64,000 nucleotides of DNA from Alphaproteobacteria bacterium (GTDB taxonomy: Bacteria > Pseudomonadota > Alphaproteobacteria > GCA-2731375): positions 1-64,000 of the forward strand of contig CBDDBZ010000018.1 in assembly GCA_965225945.1 (NCBI GenBank), read 5' to 3'. The translations under genes were made by a program, and so were the position numbers. Shown here in pieces: positions 53,490 through 63,607 of this stretch (positions are counted from its first letter, which is position 1; the number at the start of each line of letters is the position of its first letter). The notes under the pieces are model-generated. The model was not told the origin of the DNA and searched no databases. It was given only the letters and a program-made list of their open reading frames with translations.

Positions 53490-55673
53490 CTATTCCGCCA
53501 CCGGGCGGGCGGCTTCGCTCTCGCCGGTCAGGCTCCGCATCGCGTTCTCGATGATCTTGTGGCCGACCTCGGCCTCCATCGAGAGGATCGATTCGGGGTG
53601 GAACTGCACGGCGGCGAGCGGCAGCTCGCGGTGGCGAAGCGCCATCACCAGCCCGGTCTCGTTGCGCGCGATCACCCGCAGGGCTTCCGGCAGCTCCGAG
53701 ACCACCGCGACCAGGGAATGATAGGCGCCGAAGCGGCTGGGCGAGGCGACGCCGTCGAACAACGGATCGCCCTCGTGCAGGATTTCCCAGATCTTGCCAT
53801 GGCGTGGCACCTCCAGCACCTCGAGGCCGCCGCCGAAGGCCTCGACCATTCCCTGGAGGCCGAGGCAGACGCCGAATTGCGGCACGCCGGCCTCGACCAA
53901 CTCGCGCACCCGGGCGGGCACGCCGAAGTCGGCCGGCCGGCCGGGCCCCGGTGAATGCACCACCAAGTCGGGCCGGGCCGCCAGCAGGCGGTCGAGCGCC
54001 ACGCCCGCGCGGTAGGTCGTGACCTCCGCCCCGGTCTGGCGGAAATAGTCGGCGAGCGTGTGGACGAAGGAATCCTCGTTGTCGATCATCACCACCCGGC
54101 GGCCGGCGAAGGCACGGGGCCGCGGGGGCAGGGCCGGGGCTTCGTTGGCGCCAGAGAGCCGCTCGAGTGCGCTGAAGAAGGCGGTGCACTTGATCCGGCA
54201 TTCGCGCTCTTCCTCGGCGGGGATCGAATCGTAGACCAGCGTCGCGCCGGCCCGGTAGTCGGCCTGCCCCCCCTTCAGGTGCACGGTGCGAATGGTGATG
54301 CCGGTATTGACGTCGCCGTTCAGCAGCAGCGCGCCCACCGCGCCCCCGTACCAGCCCCGGGCCGAGGCTTCGTGCCGCTCGATCAGGCGCACCGCCATGG
54401 TCTTCGGCGCGCCTGTCAGCGTCACCAACCACATGTGGGAGAGAAAGGCATCGAGCCCGCCGAAGCCCTCGCGAAGCCGGCCCTCGACATGGTCGACGGT
54501 GTGGAAGAGGCCGGCATAGCGCTCGATCATGCGGCGCGCCAGGAGCTTGATGGTGCCCGGCCGACAAATCCGCGACTTGTCGTTGCGGTCGACGTCGGTG
54601 CACATGGTGAGCTCGACCTCGTCCTTCTCGGAGTTGTAGAGGGCGAGGACGCGCTCGGCGTCCTCCATCGCGTTCTCGCCGCGGCGCACGGTGCCCGAGA
54701 TCGGGCTCGATTCCACGCGGTCGCCCTCGACGCGGACGAACATCTCCGGGCTCGCGCCGACCAGTTGCTCGTCGCCCAACTGGATGAAGAATTCATACGG
54801 GCTCGGGTTGTCGCGCCGCATCAGGTAATAGAGCTCCGAGGGGGGGCCGTCGTAGCCGACCCGGAACTTCTCGGAGAACACGACCTCGAAGATGTCGCCC
54901 GCGTGCATGTGGGCCCGCGCGATTTCCACCTTCTCCATATAGTCCTCGGGCGCATGGTCGGCTTCGATCTCGCCGGGCGGGCTGGCGCGGGGCCGGGCCG
55001 GCGGCGACACCGCCTCGAAGGGCGCGCGCTCTGCGCCCACGGTGGTAGTGCCGTCGCGCGCGAATTCGAAATCGAGCCGCCGGGCCACCTCCTTTCGCCG
55101 GTCGATCAGATGCAGCCGGTCGGGGAGATAGAGCTGGAGGTCGTTCGCGCCCTCGGGCCTCGGTTGGCTCAGCGCCAGGCGCTCGAACTGGAAGATCAGG
55201 TCGTAGCCGAAGGCGCCGTAGAGGCCGAGGAAGGGATCGCCGAAGCCGGCGAAATCCTCGATCAAGCGCCGCGCCGGGGTGAAGACGGAGGGCTGGCGGC
55301 TCCGCTCCTCCTCCGCGAAGACGTCATCGGCGAGGCAGACGTCGAGGGCGAGGAAGCGCTCGTCGCGCCGCCGCACCACGGTCTCCGGACCCTCCGTCAG
55401 CACCGGCGCCAGAATCTCCAGCAGCCGGACGCCACGTTCGTTCAAGGCCCGGAGCAAAATAGAATCGCCCTGGGCGGTCAACACCAACGGTGGGTCCTCG
55501 AAGCCGAAGTCCCAGCGGGAGTAGCGATCGGGGTCCTCGACCCCGGAGGAGAAATAGGCGCCGCGCGCGCTATCGAGGCGCCGGATCAGGTCGTCGAGTC
55601 CGCGGTCATAATCGAGCGCCGTCTCGGCGCGGCTGACGACGACGCCGGAGCGGCTGGTGAAGATCGTCTGCAT
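53490..55673 (-). CDS. trpE: Fused anthranilate synthase component I/II, TrpE(G)
   Basis: NPSPYEF, GASPEMFVRV, CTDVDRNDKSR and C-terminal GATase (DNEDSFVHTL, GVCLGLQG, QFHPES). Confidence 0.92.
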   Translation of the reverse strand: MQTIFTSRSGVVVSRAETALDYDRGLDDLIRRLDSARGAYFSSGVEDPDRYSRWDFGFEDPPLVLTAQGDSILLRALNERGVRLLEILAPVLTEGPETVVRRRDERFLALDVCLADDVFAEEERSRQPSVFTPARRLIEDFAGFGDPFLGLYGAFGYDLIFQFERLALSQPRPEGANDLQLYLPDRLHLIDRRKEVARRLDFEFARDGTTTVGAERAPFEAVSPPARPRASPPGEIEADHAPEDYMEKVEIARAHMHAGDIFEVVFSEKFRVGYDGPPSELYYLMRRDNPSPYEFFIQLGDEQLVGASPEMFVRVEGDRVESSPISGTVRRGENAMEDAERVLALYNSEKDEVELTMCTDVDRNDKSRICRPGTIKLLARRMIERYAGLFHTVDHVEGRLREGFGGLDAFLSHMWLVTLTGAPKTMAVRLIERHEASARGWYGGAVGALLLNGDVNTGITIRTVHLKGGQADYRAGATLVYDSIPAEEERECRIKCTAFFSALERLSGANEAPALPPRPRAFAGRRVVMIDNEDSFVHTLADYFRQTGAEVTTYRAGVALDRLLAARPDLVVHSPGPGRPADFGVPARVRELVEAGVPQFGVCLGLQGMVEAFGGGLEVLEVPRHGKIWEILHEGDPLFDGVASPSRFGAYHSLVAVVSELPEALRVIARNETGLVMALRHRELPLAAVQFHPESILSMEAEVGHKIIENAMRSLTGESEAARPVAE

Positions 55674-55784
55674 GGGTTTCGTCCCTCGATGGTTCCGCTC
55701 GCGCCGATCGGCGCCGGGAACCGCATGTCGTCAATCACGAATGTATGGATCCTCGGGGCCAACGGCCGGGCCCCGCGCCGGCGC

Positions 55785-55838
55785 TCAGCTGTGTCGCCAG
55801 AGAAAATTGACGAATTCGGGCAGAAATCCGTTTCGCAT
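55785..55838 (-). other. Possible trpL-like leader peptide MRNGFLPEFVNFLWRHS
   Basis: 17-codon ORF ending about 110 bp upstream of trpE(G), with Trp-Arg near its end, followed by a GC hairpin. Only one Trp codon and a weak RBS. Confidence 0.35.
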
Positions 55839-55997
55839 TTCGACTTGACCCCATCGAAGGCGCGGCGACGCTATCACGCCGCCCCGACCCGGTCCAGCCT
55901 CGCGGGGGGACGATCTTCGCCCTTGTCCGCGGTTGGCGCCCGCGATTGTGCGGGCCGAATTGGGATCGATCCGAGGAGAGAACGAGATGAGCCGCGC

Positions 55998-56183
55998 GGG
56001 CGCGAGGAGATCGCGATTTCCCGTGAAATGACAGAAATAGGAGTGCCCAAAGAGGGCGCCGAACTCATCGCGCCCTTGGCCGAGGCCGATCCCCTGACCG
56101 GACTGAACCCCCGGTCGGTCGACGCGGCGGCCTATGTCGAACTCTACGAAGCAGCCCTTTCCGGTACCCTCGCGCGGGGCTGA
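55998..56183 (+). pseudogene. C-terminal remnant of an iron-containing alcohol dehydrogenase
   Basis: REEIAISREMTEIGV...AEADPLTGLNPRSVDAAAYVELYEAAL resembles the Fe-ADH C-terminus. No N-terminal part is present. Confidence 0.55.
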
Positions 56184-56271
56184 GTACGCTTCAATCAGTC
56201 GGCCGCTAGAGCCGATCGCCTTACTCGGCTAATCTTTCACCCGTGATTGTCGCTGGGTCGGGGAGACGCGC

Positions 56272-58041
56272 ATGACGCACGGTGAAGTCACGCGCAGGCT
56301 GACGACGATCGTCGCGGCGGACGTCGCCGGTTACTCGCGCCTGATGGCCGAGGATGACGAGGCGACCCTCGCGGCTCTCCGTGCACACCGTGGCGAACTC
56401 ATCGACCCCAAAATCGCGGAATATCGGGGCCGGATCGCAAACACCGCCGGCGACAGCCTACTGATCGAGTTTCCGAGCGTGGTCGAGGCGTTGCGTTGCG
56501 CCATGGACGTGCAAGCCACCATGGCCACGCGCAATATCGACGTTCCGGGGAAACGCCGCATCGAGTTCCGTGTCGGCATCAACATCGGCGACGTCATGGA
56601 GCAGGACGGCGACCTCTTCGGCGACGGCGTCAATATCGCGGCGCGACTGGAAGCCCTCGCGGAAGCGGGCGGCATCTGCATATCGGGCTCGGTTCATGAA
56701 CATCTCGCCGGCAAGTCGGATGCCGTCTTCGTGGATGCGGGAGAACGGACGCTGAAGAACATCGCGCGGCCGGTACGGATCTGGCATTGGCGCACGGATC
56801 ATGAGGCGCGAGCCGCCAAGGGCATGGACGAAGCGCCCTCGCTCCCCGACAAGCCCTCGATCGCCGTGCTGCCGTTCGTCAACATGAGCGGCGATCCGGC
56901 GCAAGAGTTCTTCGCCGACGGCATGACGGAAGACATCATCACGACCCTTTCCCGGTTCCGTTCGCTCTTCGTGATCGCCCGAAATTCGAGCTTTGCCTAC
57001 AAGGGCCAGTCGCCCGATGTCCGAGAGGTCTCCCGCGACTTGGGCGTTCGCTACATCTTGGAGGGGAGCGTGCGCCGGGGCGGCCGGCGAATCCGGATAA
57101 CGGCACAGTTGATCGACGCCGAGACGGGCAACCACATTTGGGCCGAACGATACGACCGGGGGCTGGACGACGTGTTCGCGGTTCAAGATGACGTCACCGA
57201 GGCGATCGTCGGTGCGATCGCGCCGCAAATCGGTGACGTGGAACGTCGGCGCGCCGAACGCAAGCCGCCGGAAAGCCTCGATGCCTGGGATTTCTATCAG
57301 CGGGGTCTCGCGGACTTCCATTCCTCGAGCGCGCAAGGATACAGATCCGCGATCGAACAATTCGACAGGGTGAACGCGCTGGACCCGAGCTTCGCGCCGG
57401 CCTTTGCCATGGCGGCCTTCGCGCGCACCCAGTATATCGCGCATTTCGAAGCGGATGATCGTGAAGAGATGGTGGCCCAGGCGCGAGAAAAGGCGCGCCG
57501 GGGAACGGCGCTGGACTCACAGGATTCGACCTGCCTTTGGTCCGACGCACGGGTGCATGCCATGCTCGGCCACCACGACATTGCCCTATCGAAGGCGGAG
57601 GAAGCGGTCGCGCTCAATCCCAATGACGCCATGTCGCGTCATTCGCTCGGCTCGGTGTTGTGTTCCGCCGGCAAGGCCGGGGACGCGCTTGCGCAATTCG
57701 ACCATGCGATGCGGCTCTCTCCGCGCGACATTTGGCTCACCGGCATGCTGACCTATCGGGCCTTCGTGCTGTTTCATCTCGAGCGATACGGGGACGCGTT
57801 CGAAGAAGTACGACGGGCTAGTCTCAGGCCGAATCCGCGAGTGATGACGTTTGCCCTCTTGGCCGCCGCGGCGGGTGTGCTCGGCCGAGGGGAAGAGGCT
57901 CGGGGGGCCGTCGACGATCTTTTGGCGCATGCGCCGGCGACAACCTGCGCCAAGTTTCGAGGACACCCCTATTTCGGGAGCCCGGAGGTCATGGAACGTT
58001 TCGTCGAGGCCCTGCGCGCGTCGGGGCTGCCGGAGGAATGA
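56272..58041 (+). CDS. Class III adenylate/guanylate cyclase with TolB-like and TPR domains
   Basis: ADVAGYSRLM, AGDSLL, FGDGVNIAARLE, KPSIAVLPF, TPR repeats. Confidence 0.92.
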   Translation: MTHGEVTRRLTTIVAADVAGYSRLMAEDDEATLAALRAHRGELIDPKIAEYRGRIANTAGDSLLIEFPSVVEALRCAMDVQATMATRNIDVPGKRRIEFRVGINIGDVMEQDGDLFGDGVNIAARLEALAEAGGICISGSVHEHLAGKSDAVFVDAGERTLKNIARPVRIWHWRTDHEARAAKGMDEAPSLPDKPSIAVLPFVNMSGDPAQEFFADGMTEDIITTLSRFRSLFVIARNSSFAYKGQSPDVREVSRDLGVRYILEGSVRRGGRRIRITAQLIDAETGNHIWAERYDRGLDDVFAVQDDVTEAIVGAIAPQIGDVERRRAERKPPESLDAWDFYQRGLADFHSSSAQGYRSAIEQFDRVNALDPSFAPAFAMAAFARTQYIAHFEADDREEMVAQAREKARRGTALDSQDSTCLWSDARVHAMLGHHDIALSKAEEAVALNPNDAMSRHSLGSVLCSAGKAGDALAQFDHAMRLSPRDIWLTGMLTYRAFVLFHLERYGDAFEEVRRASLRPNPRVMTFALLAAAAGVLGRGEEARGAVDDLLAHAPATTCAKFRGHPYFGSPEVMERFVEALRASGLPEE

Positions 58042-58122
58042 GGCAATCGGTTCCCTATGAAGAAGTAATCCGAGCGAAGCGAGGGGCTTCTTGACCGGGG
58101 GACGAACGCGGGAGGGGTGCTC

Positions 58123-58902
58123 ATGATCGCCACCGAGGTCAAATCGGTATCCTTGCTGCCGCTCGGCATGCTGAGGCTGGATCAATCGATCCTGACCTAC
58201 CGGCGGTTTCCGGGCCGGAAGGTGGATTGCCCGGTGATCGCGGCCTTCATCGAAATGTCCGACGGCGAACACATCCTGTTCGATACCGGCCTGCCGCCGG
58301 CGTTGCTGGAGGACGGTGATTTCCTGCCGGCGTATCAGGCCGGCATCGTTTGCAGCTACACGGCGGAGGACGATATCCGGAACCGGCTCCAGGCCGTCGG
58401 TGCCACGCCCGAGGACGTGAAGATCGTCATCAACAGTCATTTCCACTGGGACCACTCGGGCGCCAATTACCTCTTTCCCCACGCCCGCTTCCTGGTGCAG
58501 GAGAAGGAATACCGCTTCGCCCGCCAGCCGGACGGCTTCGTCGAGCGCGCCTATACGCCGAAGCTCTTCGACCTCGGCGCCGAGACCCGGCTGCTGGCGG
58601 GAGACGAAATCGTCAAGCCGGGCATCGCCGCGATCACCACGCCCGGCCATACGCCAGGGCATCAGTCCCTGCTGATCATGCTGCCGTCCGAGCGGGCGAT
58701 TATCTTGATGGGCGACGCCATGATGTGCCCGGCCAATCTCGACCCGGCGATTCCGCCCGGCAACACGCATACGCCGGAACACGCCATCGCCTCGATCCAG
58801 CGGCTGAAGGTGCTGGCGGAGTTCCACGCCGGTGATCTGGTGATCTGCCATGACCCGGAGCTTTGGGACAAGTGGAAGCCGGCCCCCCATGCCTACGTCT
58901 GA
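58123..58902 (+). CDS. N-acyl homoserine lactonase-family MBL hydrolase
   Basis: LFDTG, SHFHWDHSG, PGHTPGHQS, GDA, ICHD. Confidence 0.82.
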   Translation: MIATEVKSVSLLPLGMLRLDQSILTYRRFPGRKVDCPVIAAFIEMSDGEHILFDTGLPPALLEDGDFLPAYQAGIVCSYTAEDDIRNRLQAVGATPEDVKIVINSHFHWDHSGANYLFPHARFLVQEKEYRFARQPDGFVERAYTPKLFDLGAETRLLAGDEIVKPGIAAITTPGHTPGHQSLLIMLPSERAIILMGDAMMCPANLDPAIPPGNTHTPEHAIASIQRLKVLAEFHAGDLVICHDPELWDKWKPAPHAYV

Positions 58903-58971
58903 TCGAGGCATGAAACATGTCGTTCCGGCAACGGTGATCGCGCCCGGCCGCCCCGTCGAGCCGCCGACGGT

Positions 58972-59838
58972 TCAGTGCATTCGGCCCCATCGATTCTCGG
59001 GGTCCAGCTCGAAGCCGAGGAACCTGTCATAGAGCGCCGTCTTGCGATACATCGTCTCGACGCCGATCCCCGAGCGGCGGTGTTCCGGGCGTCGTTCCAG
59101 GAGACCGAACCAAACGAGGTATTCGAGCACCCGTCTGGCGAAGACGAACCCTGGCAGACTCGGCGGCGTCGACAGGACCGCCCGCGTCGGGATCGAGGTC
59201 TTGCGCATCAGTTCGTCCGCCGTTGCCCATTCGCCGGCGGCCTCGGAGAGGAGAAACAGGACCAGACCGATCTGCTCTTGCGGCCACTCTTCGATCACGA
59301 TGAAATCGAGATATCCGGTGTTGTAGACGTCGAAGTTGGTGGTGAACAGCCGGTGCATCAGTTCCCCGGCGGCGGCGTCGGCCAGCAGGTCGCGGCCGCG
59401 ACGGCTCGGCTTCATGTGGCCCTTCCGCCTCCGGGTCAGGCCCGCCTCCCCCATCAGCACGCGGAGATAATGCAGCACCGTGAAGTCGGTCTCGTTGACG
59501 ACCTTGTTCATGTAGAGAACGTCTTCTTTCGGATATCCCGGCCAATCGAAGCGATCCAACATTTCCGCGACGAAGCGCCGGGACAGGTTGCCCGTCGCGG
59601 TCAGCTTGGCGCCGTCGCCTTGCGAGAGGGCTTCGAGAAGGATCCGGGCGTGGGTCACCACGGGGATGCCCGCGAGCTCCGCCAGGCGCAACCTCGACGA
59701 CACCCGCGTGGGACCGCCCTCGAGCCTCGACGCGGCGAGGAAACTCATGACGCGCCGGCCGCTCATCGCGGCCCAGAGCGGGGCCGGAGGATCGGGCCAG
59801 AGCAGGAGGCTGAAATCGAACTCTGGTCTATTTTCCAC
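58972..59838 (-). CDS. Conserved hypothetical protein
   Basis: Long ORF with coding-like codon bias (KLTATGNLSRRFV, NETDFTVLHYLR). Function not recognised. Start 59838 or 59862. Confidence 0.65.
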   Translation of the reverse strand: MENRPEFDFSLLLWPDPPAPLWAAMSGRRVMSFLAASRLEGGPTRVSSRLRLAELAGIPVVTHARILLEALSQGDGAKLTATGNLSRRFVAEMLDRFDWPGYPKEDVLYMNKVVNETDFTVLHYLRVLMGEAGLTRRRKGHMKPSRRGRDLLADAAAGELMHRLFTTNFDVYNTGYLDFIVIEEWPQEQIGLVLFLLSEAAGEWATADELMRKTSIPTRAVLSTPPSLPGFVFARRVLEYLVWFGLLERRPEHRRSGIGVETMYRKTALYDRFLGFELDPENRWGRMH

Positions 59839-60411
59839 CATCGCTCCCGACACGCCCTTCATCCCATGGTCATCACTTTGCCCGGGTCCAAGGGGCTGTC
59901 AAGGGTGCCCGGATGGGGCCGGTCCAACGGTCTTCGAGCCTCGCGCGCCCTGGACACGGGCGACCCCACCCAGGCCGAGACAACTGGCCAACGGTACCCC
60001 GATCAGGGGGCGCCGACCCTGGTGCTGGACCGGAGACCGGACGATTTCGACCTTTCGGTGCGAATTTGGAACGACGAGCGCAAGGTCCTGCACGGCTGGG
60101 TCGGGCCGAAGGCGATGGTCGGCGAGACCCACGTCGTGGCCGATCTGCCTCGATCCGGCGCCGATTAACCGAAGGTGCGCGACGTGGCGGAAGCGGCTTG
60201 GCTAGATCCATGCGCGCCACGGGGCGACATCGCACCGTAGGTCACGAAATTTTATGTCGGGAACGATCGCGACGGAGGCCTTCCGTTGCCCCGCGCCGGG
60301 TTCGGCGCAACGATGCTGCGAATTTTCCAACCCCTTGATTCGTCAATTGAATATTTACCACCTCGGGCCAGATTATGGAAAGAAGCGGCCACGACCAAGG
60401 AGTCATTCGCC

Positions 60412-61485
60412 ATGTCGGTCTTTTCCGCTCCGAGTTTCCGCGAGCATGAACAAGTGGTCTTCCGCGCCGACGCCGAAGTGGGCCTCAAGGCCATCATCGC
60501 CATTCACGACACCACGCTCGGGCCCGCCCTCGGCGGCTTGCGGATGTGGGACTACGCGGACGATGCGGCGGCATTGGAGGATGCGCTCAGGCTCTCGCGC
60601 GGCATGACCTACAAGGCGGCGATGGCGGGCCTGCCTTATGGCGGCGGCAAGGCGGTCATCATCGGCGATTCCCGCCGTGACAAGTCCGAGGCCCTGCTGG
60701 CACGCTTCGGCGATTTCGTCGACGCGCTCGCCGGGCGCTACATCACGGCGGAAGACGTCGGCATCTCGACGGCCGACCTGGCGGTGATCCGCCGCCGCAC
60801 GCGCCATGCCGCCGGCTACGCGGACGGCGGCAGCGGCGATCCCTCGCCGGTCACCGCCTGGGGCGTCTTCCACGGCATTCGCGCAGGCCTCGCCCATCGC
60901 CTGGGCAGCGACGACCTCGCCGACAGAATCGTCAGCGTCCAGGGCCTGGGTCACGTGGGCCAATACCTGGTCCGCTTCCTCGCCGAAGCGGGCGCCAAGA
61001 TCGTCGTCGCCGATATCGACGAAGCGCGGGTCGCCGACATGGTCGCGAACCATGGCGTCACGGCGGTGGCGCCGGAGGCGATTTACGATGTCCACGCCGA
61101 CGTCTTCGCGCCCTGTGCCTTGGGCGCGGTCCTGAACGACGAGACCATCGCGCGCCTCGACGTGCGCATCGTCGCCGGTGCCGCCAACAACCAGTTGGCC
61201 CGCGACGAGCACGGCGAGGTGCTTCGCGCGCGCGGCATTCTTTATGCCCCCGACTACGTGATCAACGCCGGCGGCATCATCAACATCAACTACGAGGGTC
61301 CGAACTACGACGCCGAGGCCGCCTTCGCCCATGCCGCCAGAATCGGCGAGACCGCGACCGAGGTGTTTCGTGCCGCCCAACGGGCGGACGCAGCGACCAA
61401 TCTGGTCGCCGACGGCCTCGCCGAGGCCAAGATCGCCGCCGCCCGCGGCCGGGCGCGCGAGAAGAAGCTGCGTCTCGTCAGTTGA
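60412..61485 (+). CDS. Glu/Leu/Phe/Val dehydrogenase (leucine dehydrogenase-like)
   Basis: GPALGGLRM, GMTYK, GGGKAV, TAEDVG, QGLGHVG, GAANNQL, PDYVINAGG. Confidence 0.93.
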   Translation: MSVFSAPSFREHEQVVFRADAEVGLKAIIAIHDTTLGPALGGLRMWDYADDAAALEDALRLSRGMTYKAAMAGLPYGGGKAVIIGDSRRDKSEALLARFGDFVDALAGRYITAEDVGISTADLAVIRRRTRHAAGYADGGSGDPSPVTAWGVFHGIRAGLAHRLGSDDLADRIVSVQGLGHVGQYLVRFLAEAGAKIVVADIDEARVADMVANHGVTAVAPEAIYDVHADVFAPCALGAVLNDETIARLDVRIVAGAANNQLARDEHGEVLRARGILYAPDYVINAGGIININYEGPNYDAEAAFAHAARIGETATEVFRAAQRADAATNLVADGLAEAKIAAARGRAREKKLRLVS

Positions 61486-61488
61486 ACG

Positions 61489-61962
61489 CTAGAGCAACCC
61501 GAGTTCGCGGAGTTCGGCCGCGAGCTCGGGCGGCAGGTCGTCCGCCGTGCCGCCGGCGCGCAGGTCGCGGGGCGTGTCTTTCGGATCGAGATAGCGCCAG
61601 CCCTGATGCGGTCGGCGGGCCTGCAGCTCGGTGCGAATCAGCTCCGGCGCCAGGACCAGGGCGCAGCGTTTGGTCTCCACCGGCGGGTCCAGCAGGTCGA
61701 TCCGGATGATTTTCTGACGGACCCGGACATAGCCCTTGATGATCCAATAGAGCGAGCCCCCGGCGACGACCTCGCCGGCGCGGCGTGGCGGGTTGCGGGT
61801 GCGGTGATAGTGCTCCGCCGGCCCGCCGCGCCGCCGCCTCGCCGCCAGCCGCCGTTCCTGGAAGCCGGCCAGTTGGTCGACGCTGTCGACGCCGACGCAG
61901 AGCTTCAGCAGATTTACGTGGGAGGCGGCACTTCCACCGATGCGTGCCAGATCCGAAATCAT
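61489..61962 (-). CDS. DUF1489 family protein
   Basis: LLKLCVG, GGSLYWIIKG, QGWRYL, LRELGLL. Start uncertain. Confidence 0.88.
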   Translation of the reverse strand: MISDLARIGGSAASHVNLLKLCVGVDSVDQLAGFQERRLAARRRRGGPAEHYHRTRNPPRRAGEVVAGGSLYWIIKGYVRVRQKIIRIDLLDPPVETKRCALVLAPELIRTELQARRPHQGWRYLDPKDTPRDLRAGGTADDLPPELAAELRELGLL

Positions 61963-61984
61963 ACGCTTCGCCCGCCGCCCCGGC

Positions 61985-62362
61985 TCAGCCGCTCTCGGTC
62001 TCCAGGCCGGCGGCGAGCCAGTCGTCGAAGGCGCCGAGATTGAGCGCCGTCGCGTAGCCCAGGTCGAGCAGGAACTTAGCCCCCAGCGCCGAGCGCGCGC
62101 CGACGGCGCAGTAGAGGATGATCGTCCGATCCTTGCGAAAGGCCGGATCGTATTCGCCGCTCTCCGGGTCGGCGCGGGCCATGAGCTCCCCCAGCGGCAC
62201 GGCGAGCGCGCCCTGGGCCTTGCCGGTCAGGGCGATCTCGTGCGCCTCGCGCACGTCGACCAGCAGCGCGTCCTCGCCGGCCATGCGCGCCCGTGCCTCG
62301 TCCGGCCGGACGCGCGGCACGACGGCCATCGCGTCGCGCATCAAATCCTGAACACTCGCCAC
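61985..62362 (-). CDS. Rhodanese-like domain protein
   Basis: VDVRE and YCAVGARS motifs. GGAGAGGAG RBS before GTG. Confidence 0.87.
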   Translation of the reverse strand: MASVQDLMRDAMAVVPRVRPDEARARMAGEDALLVDVREAHEIALTGKAQGALAVPLGELMARADPESGEYDPAFRKDRTIILYCAVGARSALGAKFLLDLGYATALNLGAFDDWLAAGLETESG

Positions 62363-62542
62363 CTTGACACTCCTCTCCAAACGGCTCCCGAGACCGATCA
62401 TACCGCCCGCCGGCATCCGCATCGAGCCGCCCCGGGAAAATCGAAGCCTCGTTCGATGGCATTGACATTCGCCCTCGTTCCGCTAGCAAGGAGCCGGCGG
62501 GCCGAGGCGTCCCGGCGGCGGCCGAGACCAGGGGAGAGGGCT

Positions 62543-63328
62543 ATGAACCAGGCATCGACGTATCTCGAGCGGCACGGCGAGATCGGCGTGGTCGTTCTCA
62601 ACCGACCCGCCAAGCTGAACGCGCTCGACCAGGAGGTCTGGTCCGGCATCGCGCGCCACGCGAGGGAAGTGGCCAGTGACCCCGAGCTCAAGGTGATGAT
62701 CCTGCGCGGCGTCGACGAACGCGCCTTCTCCGCCGGCGCCGACATCGCCGAATTTCCCAAGGTGCACGCGACGGCGGCGACCCGCAAGGCCTACAACGAC
62801 ACCATCCACGAGGCTTACGAGGCCGTCGCGACGATGGAGAAGCCGACGATCGCGCTGGTGCGCGGCATCTGCTTCGGCGGCGGCTGCGCGCTCGCGCTCT
62901 GCTGCGACCTGCGCTACGCGGATACCACGTCGCGCTTCTGCATCCCTCCGGCCAAGCTCGGCATCGCCTATTCCTTCGAGGAGACCAAGCGCCTGCACGA
63001 CCTGGTCGGCCCGGCCAAGACCAAGGAGATGCTCTTGGGCGCCAAGGTGATCCACGCGGAGGAGGCGCTCGCCGTCGGCCTCGCCACCCGCATCTTCGGG
63101 CCGCAAGAGGTGGAGGCCGAGACCTTCGCCTTCGCCGAGCAGCTCTGCCGGCTCTCGCAATTCTCGATCCGCACCATCAACGAGGTGGTGAAGTCGATCA
63201 CCGCCGGCGCCGACGAGTCCACGGCCGAGCTGAACGCCATGATCATGAGCGGCTTCGAGGGCGAGGATTACTACGAAGGCCGAGACGCCTTCCTGACCAA
63301 GCGCAAGGCCGACTTCACCTACCGCTGA
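62543..63328 (+). CDS. Enoyl-CoA hydratase/isomerase family protein
   Basis: LNRPAKLNAL, FSAGADI, GICFGGG, PPAKLG. Confidence 0.92.
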   Translation: MNQASTYLERHGEIGVVVLNRPAKLNALDQEVWSGIARHAREVASDPELKVMILRGVDERAFSAGADIAEFPKVHATAATRKAYNDTIHEAYEAVATMEKPTIALVRGICFGGGCALALCCDLRYADTTSRFCIPPAKLGIAYSFEETKRLHDLVGPAKTKEMLLGAKVIHAEEALAVGLATRIFGPQEVEAETFAFAEQLCRLSQFSIRTINEVVKSITAGADESTAELNAMIMSGFEGEDYYEGRDAFLTKRKADFTYR

Positions 63329-63435
63329 GGGTCACCTCGCCGTCGCCACCTCCCCGTCATCGCGAGCGAAGCGGGGCGATGACGTCGGCGCGGAACTCGG
63401 GGCGGGCTCCACACCTAGACGCATGAGAAGTCGCC

Positions 63436-63607
63436 CGACCTCTCGCGCTACCTGGTCGGTTCTACAAGGCGACATTGGGAATTTGCGCAATCGAGAGTCG
63501 GTTCTCGTATTTAGCAGCGACCTCTCGCGCTACCTGGTCGGTTCTACAAGGCGACATTGGGAATTTGCGCAATCGACCGGTGACGCCAGCGGAGTCGGTT
63601 CTCGTAT
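63436..63607. repeat. Tandem duplication: 59-bp unit x2 plus 16-bp unit x2
   Basis: 63436-63494 equals 63518-63576. GAGTCGGTTCTCGTAT occurs at 63495-63510 and 63592-63607. Confidence 0.9.

Noticed and set aside
61985-62362. Rhodanese as cyanide-detox partner of the HcnABC-like genes
   Set aside because: More than 40 kb apart, rhodanese domains are ubiquitous, and HCN synthase activity is not established.
63355-63384. Hairpin CGTCATCGC...GCGATGACG as a terminator or REP element
   Set aside because: No U-tract, and only a partial second occurrence near 58070.
63436-63607. CRISPR array
   Set aside because: Only two units, the 59-bp repeat is too long, the intervening sequences share a 16-bp block, and no cas genes are in the window.
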